Positions 13,271 to 64,000 of a DNA stretch of 64,000 bases are shown here, piece after piece. The stretch is from Tubiluchus corallicola (taxonomy: Eukaryota; Animalia; Priapulida): the NCBI GenBank assembly GCA_030141605.1, contig JAQGDQ010000474.1:1-64000 (forward strand), in the 5' to 3' direction. The notes under the pieces were generated by a model. The model was not told where the DNA came from. It searched no databases and saw only the letters and a list, made by a program, of their open reading frames with translations. The translations under genes and the position numbers were made by a program. Each line of letters starts with the position of its first letter. Position 1 is the stretch's first letter.

Positions 13271-14028
13271 GATCCTGGTGCTTTTGATGGACATAATTTT
13301 TAAGTGCCTGTCGAGTAAGTACTGATAGGACCACATGTTTGGCTAGCGGCTTCTTATTAGGTGGGCTAACTTAATATCATGGGTCACGGCTGTCTTTTTC
13401 TTGCTCGTTAAAAGAACCATATGCTAAGCGTTGGTAACAGTTACTCCCCGGAAAAGCGAAAGTGGACACTAGGATTTATCACATGACTTACACATGTTTG
13501 CATACTGTATCTGCGTCAGCTACTGTAATTTTAGCAGCCCGGTCGCACGTGTTTGTGGTCAACGAGAAACCTTGACCACTGCCTTACCGCGATCGCTTTA
13601 CCATGTTGATAAATTATCACGAATTCATGCTACGTGATTTCTGAATAATTTTTTGAGAGTGGAAAATTTTGCGAAGGGGTGGAATTTTTCTGCTAGAACT
13701 TCTTCGGCTTGAGGAAGCTGCTTTAGTGCTATGATCCGCCCACGCCGTACAGCACACGCGCTGACCATAAAGCTTCTAGGCACGCTGGTCTCTGGATGGT
13801 AGCCTGGTGTTTTTCTGTCCTCTTGAGGTAGCTACGCAGCTTCACATACCAAGGAAGAGAAAAACTTATATTTTTGGCCAAAACTTTGCATTCTTCTTAG
13901 CTAAATACATCAACAATCTTTCACTTTATTAGCAATGTAATAGTGATTAATATTGTAGCTAAACAAGGACGGCAGGGTTTCATTAGTGGTGCTACGTCGT
14001 TGTTGTATTGGATCCGCCATGCTCTGCT

Positions 14029-14075
14029 CACGTGAAGGGTCACGTGATGTGGTAACGTGACCGTGTGCCTTGACT
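14029..14075. promoter_or_regulatory. E-box cluster (CACGTG x2, including GTCACGTGAT) ~1 kb upstream of the SLC6 start codon
   Basis: ctcacgtgaagggtcacgtgatgtggtaacgtgacc. Any function is inferred only. Confidence 0.3.
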
Positions 14076-15075
14076 TAAAGCGCTCAACTTCAATGAGCGG
14101 CTTGAGTTTCCTATTCGTACGTTATCACGTTCAATTTCTGTTTTTTTAACCAGAAGAAAATTCGTGTTCCGGAAATATTTCCTGACGGAAGTGCAAATTT
14201 GTAACATAGAAACGTGTTCCGGTTACCGTATTTTACACAGAACTGACTGAGTTTTTTTTAAAATCTTGTTCGTAATTGTTGTATGTACAGACCCTGCTCT
14301 GTGGCCATCCAACGTTGAACACACAGTTGTGATATAAAATCTAAACATTTTGGTTTTTCTAGCGCCCAGTTTTACCATAAGTTTAGTTTTCGGCACAGAA
14401 TAAACTGTGGAAAGTTTACCGACACAAATACCTGTTAAAGACAAAGTTGTTATATAACGACTGTGTTGTTGTTACGATAATTATGTAAACACTCGTGAGC
14501 GAACAAAAAGAGGAATCTGAACAATTTGCTTCATAAATGATCGGGAGAGGTAGTAGTGCTATTTGTATTATTTGTGTATCAGTTTTGTAAGTTATATATT
14601 TGAACGAGAGTGCTTGTCTAGTGTGGGTCACCTATATGTGTTCGAAGACCAAAATATTATATATGAACAAGAGTGCTTGTCTAGTGTGGGTCACCTATAT
14701 GTGTCCGAAGACCAAAATATTATATATGAACAATATTCTTTGTCCGCAAGAAAGCAGTAACAATATTAATATGCTACGACTGGTGATGAAAAAGATTTTA
14801 CTTGAAGTTCATTCGATTTTTTTATATTAATTTTACATCGAATGTTAATAAAGTTGTGTTCACACTGTGCTAGATTACGTTACCTGTAAATGCTGTTCAC
14901 ACTGTGCTAGATTACGTTACCTGTAGATGCTTGAACTTTATACATCATCTTCAGTGAGTAGCGATCATTTTCGTGACCAGCTTTAATTGGGATTACGTTT
15001 CCCGACGTCACTGTTTTGCAACAAAAGAATTGAATTAACTTGTGTTACACATTTGTGAAGACAAAACGTCGCCAA

Positions 15076-52895
<37,820 letters not shown>

Positions 52896-54225
52896 ATTCT
52901 TTTTTTGTTTTTTTGTAACAAAAAATTGGGGCTGGCCACCCAATAAGAGACTGGCGCAGGAGTTCTGGTGTTTACTCATGTAATCATCTCTTCACTCGTA
53001 ATTAACGTGCGAGTCGACATCACTTGCATCGGGTAGACAGCTTTTGCTGAAACCCTGCTCATAAATGATGTCACTGTAGCACAGAGTTCAGTAATATTCC
53101 ATTAAACACCGCTGATTCGTGCCAATGAATGAAAGTATGAAGTGGAAAGCTAAATCGTGTGAATTTTTTCCATTTTGAGAATATTATTAACTTTCCTCCA
53201 ACTGCATTTGATCTGCACGAAAACTGTACAAATATATAGGTAATAGGCATTGCGTGGCAAAAAACAACTCTCATTTAATATAATATTAATACTAATTTCA
53301 ATTCAAGGCTACAGCTCCAACGACGGCGTTATTCTCTGCGATCCACATATCAAAAGAAAGATTTTTGCGAATCGGGGTCCTTTTTTGGAACGTGCCGGGG
53401 ATATCCCGTTTAACGGTGGGTGGTGTAGTAGGGCTATTTAGAATTTGCGGGATAGCCACGCTTTCTCACAACAAGTTTACCCAGACCCATATTTTTTGTA
53501 AAACTGCAAACAGCCTCAGGCAAAAGCTATCTATGCAACTGTTTGGGCGCGTTAGGAAAAAATGAGCACACTCGCAAAGAGAGAAAGAAATGGTCTGCAA
53601 AGTGTGAAGGTTTCACCAAGAGAAATGTCCGCAGACGAAAAGGGTACATTTCATGCTGCAATGGGTGTGGTGTAGCGTGGCATGGGTGTGGTGTGGTGTT
53701 TTGGGCGTGATGTGATGTGGCATGGTGGTTGTGGTATGGATTTTTGCGGGGTTTAGCTAATTTTTATAATAATTTTGTTAACATTCAATTATTTTTGCGT
53801 CTAAAATGTCGAATGCTGATACATAGTAACTGAAATCTAATACTCAAGCTCTGTGGGTGGTAGCTTTTTACTGATGGCAAAAATGGGTGATAGCTGTCAA
53901 ATCCCTGGTGTGTTATTAATTCTTGTGGCACTTAACGATGAAGTTCACCAGGAAGTCTGCTCAAGGGCGCCACCTGTTGGCCATTTTTTTTTTAAACAAC
54001 TTGTAGCGTGTCCACACCTGTACTGATGCTTTTTAATGTGTTTGTACTAATTTTGAAGCTTACTTATATCAGTCGTTTTAGCATTCAGATACGTTGTACA
54101 AAAGTTTGTGGTAGAACTGTACGAACTTGTTTACACATGAAGAAAAATTTTCCTGAGATTTGCAGCTAACAGTTTTTGTATTCCTCTAACAGCCGTAAAA
54201 GTGATAAACAGCATTGTTTCAGGCA

Positions 54226-54660
54226 GACTGGCTTTGCCATATGAATTTGTCATTAGAAAATGTGTCTGTCATAACAACAGTGCGTAGGTTAATGGTTTAG
54301 GGAGCTATTGTAAACTTGTGAGTTCGAAATTTGAAATGTCATTTTACGCGCCTCGGTCGTTGCCTTACGATGTGTTGCTTCTGATATTAAGGTGCTAATT
54401 TTGTGTGAGTTTTGTTTGCATACTTTGTTGTACTTTGATAGACTGGCTTTGCCATATAAATTTGTCATTAGAAAATGAGTCTGTCATAACAGCAGTGCAT
54501 AGGTTAATAGTTTAGGGAGCTATTGTAAACTTGTGAGTTCGGCTATTTAAATTTGAAATGTCATTTTACGCGCCTCGGTCGTTGCCTTACGATGCGTTGT
54601 TTCTATTATTAAGGTGCTAATTTCGTGAGTTTTGTTTGCATAGTTTTTTGTACTTTGATA
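54226..54660. repeat. ~215-bp tandem duplication downstream of the SLC6 stop codon
   Basis: agactggctttgccatat...gtactttgat occurs twice, head to tail. Confidence 0.9.
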
Positions 54661-57600
54661 TATTTTTGCACATTTAGGCTTATTTTGAGTGCTTGTGTGT
54701 CTTGTGCTTTGGGTGTTTCATTACGGTGTTATTTTTTTCTTTTGCTAACACTTGGGTCGTTTTAGTATGTTATGTTTTTTATATATATATTTCAATATAT
54801 TTTTAAGCTGTTGATCTACAATTTTTTTTGAGCTTTAGTGGAATGTAGTATACAATTTTTTTGAGGCTTAGTGGAATGTAGTATCAGTGTCATATTGATA
54901 AATGGCATTGAGTCTTCCGATTATAATAGTTTTCATTGTAAAATAAGTTTACTTGTTGTCACTCACTTTTTTTAATGGGTGTTAATTTTGTCACAAATTG
55001 AATTAAAATCGTCCAAAATTTTCAATGACCCTATTTAACTATCACATTTTTGTGATCTGCATTCTGTTCTTAGTGCTTCCAAATGTAGACAAAAATTAAT
55101 TCTAACTGTATTTTACTTTTTGAATTCACTTGTTCAAAATGCCTTCAGTACCGCATAGAATTTTGAGAATGTTCAGACAGCGTCGCCAGCATACTGACTA
55201 CATACCGTTTATAAACCGTATTGCATTTTTGAAAATTCTTTCTTTAAAAGCATTTTTCACCATAAAAATATAAAAAGCAGCCATTCACCATTGCGTAACA
55301 ATGGTGGCATCACCCACAAAGTAGTCAACAAGCATTACTTATTTCGGAAAACCAGAAAGTGTTCCTGAACTAGGGTTAACTGAATCAGTAGAATATGCCA
55401 TATTTATCTATGCAATTGTTTGTACATACGTTTTCTAATTACATACTAATCAATTTCTGTATACAAAGAATTATGTGCAATAAACAACAAGTTATTTGCA
55501 TCAAAATCTTGTTTCTTTCGTAAAAATAGTTTTTTAATTAAAGAAAAATGACAAGTTGGGTTTATAATTTCTTGATTTTTAGAGAACTATTATACCAGGT
55601 CTGATGTAATGTACGTAAGCTTTAAGACATGCCAAACATTTTGACAGCATCAGAATGACATTTGGTAACAAGTTCAAAATTAGAGAAAAAGCAGAGATGG
55701 AATTTCACACAGAATATTTTCTGATTTGCACCGGGTTAGCAACTTCAACAAACACCTGCAGCAGGCAAACAGCCATGTTGGTTTCTGGAAAATCAGAAGT
55801 AGTATCAACCAGGCAGGCAAACAGCCATGTCGGTTTCTGGAAAATCAGAAGTAGTATCAACCGGGCAGGCAAACACTGCACGTTATCATGAATTATCGAC
55901 AAATAAAGTGACACATTTGTAAGCCGCTACACAAATAATAATGAAGAACAAATTACAATAATTACATAATTGTTAACTATGGGCAAAACTATGCAGCACC
56001 ATTGGCGTTTATCACCAAAAATGTGACACACTGATGCAACAGCATACTACTGTTTATTCGCTGCCACAAATTATGATATTTACACAAGTCGTACAACAAT
56101 TCAAACTTCTACACTTATGCCTTTAAAGCAAATGTGCATTCATATGTGAACTTGGGCTATACAAGGGTTCTTATCAGTCATAAACAGTAACTGATGAATG
56201 CAATGATGTAATGTACACTATTAACGTTAAGTTGTATAAATGCTGCCAAAACAAAAACACAGAGACACAGGCCTTAGTACACAAAAATGTTGAGCGAAAT
56301 AATTGGGTTGCTTATCTAGCTGCAATACTACGTTACAAAATATACACTCATACCTTGGTTTGCCGACTGTTCACATTTCCCGACACTAAGCTTATACAGT
56401 AGGCGCCGTGTATTAGACTCACGGTAATGTAGAATCAATTGCCTAATTGTCTCAAAAACGTCTAGTATGGACATCATCTGACATACAAGCTACACACGTG
56501 TCGTTACTGCTTGGTTACACTGATGTAATGATGTAAACAAAGCCACAGCCGGCTAACTAGCGGTCAGCTCGCGAAACAACGGACTGTGCCCGTAGTATGC
56601 AGAACTTTTTAACGGTCCAGATTTTGTCCTATTTGAAATATCCGTAAAAGCAAGGTCCGGCAAAACGAGATATGAGTGTAGTTTAAAAAGTAAACAATTT
56701 TAAATTCATAGAGATTTGACTTTTTTCTATGAAATTTGCAAGTTTTCTCTTTTCCTTTTTTTACCAATGTTTTAAAATGTAACTAAATTTCAGAAAAGTT
56801 GTCACAGCATTTGCTGTCTCATTTACAACGTGGCATATAGTTTCCAAAATGGTGACAAAATGAATATTTACTACATTATTTTACGACATCATCTCATAAA
56901 CACAATTCGCACAATGAAATACAATAAACTCTGAATAATTCCGTTCATCGGAATATCGTTCATCTCGAACAGACCTCAAATGCTTAAAGCAATTAGTGAT
57001 GGACAATTAACAGATTAATCGAGATTACAACCACGTATAAATCGACATAATTGGCGATTGAACAGCAAATCAGTTAATCGAGAGCAAAATGCATGTGTTG
57101 CACACTGACTAAAAGGCAGTGTTTTAGCACAAATAAACCGAATTCTTGCGTTTTTCTCACCTAAGACAACACACACAATTGCAAACCACAGTGTTGCAAA
57201 CCGGGGCTCAGTATTAGTTTTCACGTGCACATGTGTAGTTGACACAGTAACAGAGTAGTTAATGAATGTGTGACTCTAAAAATAGTTTGCGAGTACGAAA
57301 ATGGCGTACAGCAACGAAAGCCGTGAAGAATATGGCAAAAACGCTAAAAAAATGCTGCAAAAGATTAACTGAGATACCGAACTGTAAAAACAAGATTGTA
57401 ATCAAATTTCAAAATCACTCGTCACTAAAAGCAATTCCAAAATTTGCTATTTTTGCCTGGTTATGTAGCTGAATTCAGTACATTTTAGGAGGACAATTTA
57501 TGTAAAACTCATTGCATTTGATCTGATTTCCGATCCTGTTAGTAGTAGGTGCAGAACAATCGCAAAAGTAATCAATAAATACATTATGCATGTAACCTGT

Positions 57601-58024
57601 GTAAGATGTCCTACTTCCTGAGACGCAGATGGTATTTTGATGGGCGTGCAGCAAAATGTGTATATCAATTTTCGCAGCTGATTGCTTAATAATGATAACT
57701 GGGCGGCGGTTCCATTTGCAGCGTGGGTGCAGTGGGTGTGAAAGTGCCATTATTTTCTAAATTGATTATTTAAAGCAGATAGAGTCAGTGAACAATAGCT
57801 TACTATTCAATAAAGAGCTATACACAAGCACTGGATGCACCACCGAGAAATAAATGCACGAATATGCGCCGTTACCGAACTCAGTTTATTGTGCAACTTG
57901 GACAATTTCTTTGGTTCCTAGCTATACGAATTGTGCAGAGTTTACTGTATTATTAATTAACACAAAAAATGTTTAGAAAACAGTGATTTAAATAGGAATA
58001 GACTAGTCAAATTGTTACTATTTA

Positions 58025-61553
<3,529 letters not shown>

Positions 61554-62713
61554 GTCTGTAAAAAACATCAAAAATCATTAAAGCTCAAATTTAATAAGTT
61601 TCCTTTAATTAAAACAGCACCATATCTGTAAAAAACATCAACAATCATTAAAGCTCAAATTTAATAAGTTTCCTTTAATTAAAACAGCTAACTGCAACTT
61701 AATTTTGTAAATCTAACAGTAAATTTCACACAAATTTTATAAACTTTCATGGCTTCTTTCCTAATGAAATTGGGGTGTTGCATTTCTCCCCCAAAACATT
61801 TTTGCTCGTGAAACTTGGGAAAATCGCAGGCTAAGCCAATGTGCTAGCAACGGCTTCCTTGGATTCCGCGTCGCTTCTGTGACACTGGAATCGTAAACAA
61901 TGCTACACAGTGAGATGCGGGCAAGTGATAACCAATCGCAAACGCTGCTGTAGTTAAGGCGTGTAATCTTCACACCAGGTTTCCTCGTACACAAATCACC
62001 AAGAGAATATTAAAAGTATAAGAAATTATCAGCTAGAACATTTTTTCTATTTTAGTGCAAAACTCAAACTTCGTGAAGTATGCTATAGTTCACCTTTGAA
62101 AATGCTATGTATAGTCATAAAAAGCTGGTATCAACGTGGCATATGTGACAGTTATAAGTTTAGGACAGCGTACATCATATGACAAAATTATCAAGTTTGC
62201 AACTGACATATATAATAACATACTAGTTTGTTTGCACTGAATGATAGCTTGCTTTGAATAACCCCTGCTATCTAGTAATCAATCGTATTTGCTTGCGACT
62301 TTGTTCCGACCACATTTGACTCCACCAGGAAGTTCTCGTCATCGTAAAATATGCAATTTAATTGACAGCGTACAATTCATAATGTATGTAATAATTACAA
62401 TCTCGCCATTTTGGTTTGATCTATACTGCTAGTTGGTTAGACTGAAAGATTTTTTTTAATTTAGCAGTTAAGTAGTTGGTTTATGAAAATTTTTTTATTC
62501 AAACTGACAATGTAAGAATTGGTACGATTAGTAATGCAGCAAATAATGTCTAAATTATTTAAGTTCATACATGCTTGTTTATAATAGGTAAGCAGGTATT
62601 TATGATGCTAAAGAATTTGTACATAATGCTTCCACTTTTGAAGTAAAGTCAAATCACAAAGTAAAATGTTGTGAGCGGAGTACGACATTAGTCGAAGCAG
62701 GACAATTGGTGTA

Positions 62714-63299
62714 CATGGGCTGCCCAAGTAGGACACTAGAGACAAGTCACGAATTGAATCGTTAACCGTACTGGCAGGGTCCGTTGTCCTTGTTTATTTA
62801 ATAATAATAATTGAAAACGTTAAACAGGCTGAATAATTTATTATAAATCAGAAAAAACAAAAAAACTTATTCCGAGCCAGTAGAACGGCAAATATTAAAT
62901 TTGGGTTCAATGCTGATCTTTTTGAAGTGAAATAATCCAGCTTTTTAGGTGATTCCAATATTTGCTTAAGGTACAATTATCATTTTTATTTTGTCTCGCT
63001 TCACAGACAGGCAATGCGTTTTACTAATTCTTGGACTGTACCTAGTAATAATTGTTTTCTACTAAGTAAACTGGCTAGTGAGCATGTGCCCTACATAGTT
63101 TCTTTTTTAGATTTTTAGTTTAATGTTATGATGATATTAATGGAGCTAATTCTAATAATGATATTATTGTAAAAAATACATTTGTAAAATGTCAAGGACT
63201 ACCCAACATTATTATAAACTTATTTTTCTAAAAATTTAGTTTTATGTTTTATTGTCATAATTCTCGATTCTCGGCAGTGTCCTACTTGGGCTGCCCATG
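62714..63299. mobile_element. MITE-like element between CDA and ATP synthase subunit e
   Basis: 24-bp inverted repeat catgggc(t/a)gcccaagtaggacact with one mismatch. No clear TSD. Confidence 0.6.
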
Positions 63300-63860
63300 T
63301 TTACACTGCTTTTCCACAAATTTAGAACATGTGCTTTATTGTCCTACTTCGGCTAGTGGTGTACGCCGCGCCCTACATAAAAAATTACCATTTTCATTGA
63401 TCATTGTGTTGTTTTACAAAAGTCGGAGAATTCCGTTTTCTCAAATGTTTTAATTAACTTTACTTTTGAGATCGCTTAGGGTTGAAGAAACGTTATAATG
63501 TAAGCGCACTGCAGAATTTAAGAAGTCAGACTGCTAATCAAGTTCAGGCTAAGGACGAAAAAACTTAAGGCTCCAGGCACACACGACACAGTTACAGATG
63601 ACAAAGTTTAGTACGAACTTTATTCACAAAAATATTCTCAAAACTATTAAAGCAGCACGTTTCGAAGCAAACACAGGTACTTTAACGAAAAATAAAGGAA
63701 GTCAAGTTTTATAATGTAAAATGCACTGTAGCTAATCATAATGTAGACTGTAGAAGGCGATGGACAAGGACGAGCGAAGTGATTTGTTTCTGTTATCATC
63801 AAGCACGTGACCTAGACTGTGCTGCTATCTGTCGGAAAGGTCAGTAAATAAGAGGAAAAC

Positions 63861-63913
63861 ATGGCTGCCTTGGCTCCACCGGTTGCAGTTTCTCCGTTTA
63901 TCAGGTTTTGCAG
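63861..63913 (+). CDS. ATP5ME: Mitochondrial ATP synthase subunit e, exon 1 (rest is outside the window)
   Basis: aaaacATG, then MAALAPPVAVSPFIRFCR|gtaag. Resembles the subunit e N-terminus PPVQVSPLIKxGR. Confidence 0.75.
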
Positions 63914-64000
63914 GTAAGACTTCAAATTTAGATATTTTATCATTTTTTTTCGATTTTTTTACAGAGGATACAGCTGTTCACGGATGTGATATCGCAAGAT

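Noticed and set aside
63965-64000. Possible exon 2 of ATP synthase e after ttttacag
   Set aside because: Splicing there gives an early TGA and no subunit e similarity.

Overview
AT-rich, intron-rich animal genomic DNA, probably a bilaterian invertebrate (taxon not determinable here). Four protein-coding genes were reconstructed by hand from GT-AG splice sites and frame continuity. (1) The last five exons of SREBP (+, 2332-6074), with a perfect mature miR-33 in its third-to-last intron. (2) A 15-exon SLC6 glycine-transporter-like gene (+, 15076-52895, about 682 aa). (3) A cytidine deaminase (-, 58025-61553, about 143 aa). (4) Exon 1 of ATP synthase subunit e (+, 63861-63913). Almost all long ORFs in the supplied track are micro- or minisatellite artefacts. 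The introns hold many hAT, Tigger/pogo-like and Kolobok-like MITEs, LINE tails, tRNA-SINEs and minisatellites. The most striking observations are a roughly 460-bp internally deleted RTE retroelement whose 5' end coincides with the cleavage site of a twister ribozyme; a second mini-RTE with a different structured 5' RNA domain; two inverted copies of a 5S-rRNA-derived SINE; a network of inverted repeat pairs bracketing SLC6 exon blocks; and an 84-bp minisatellite carrying nine CRE palindromes.
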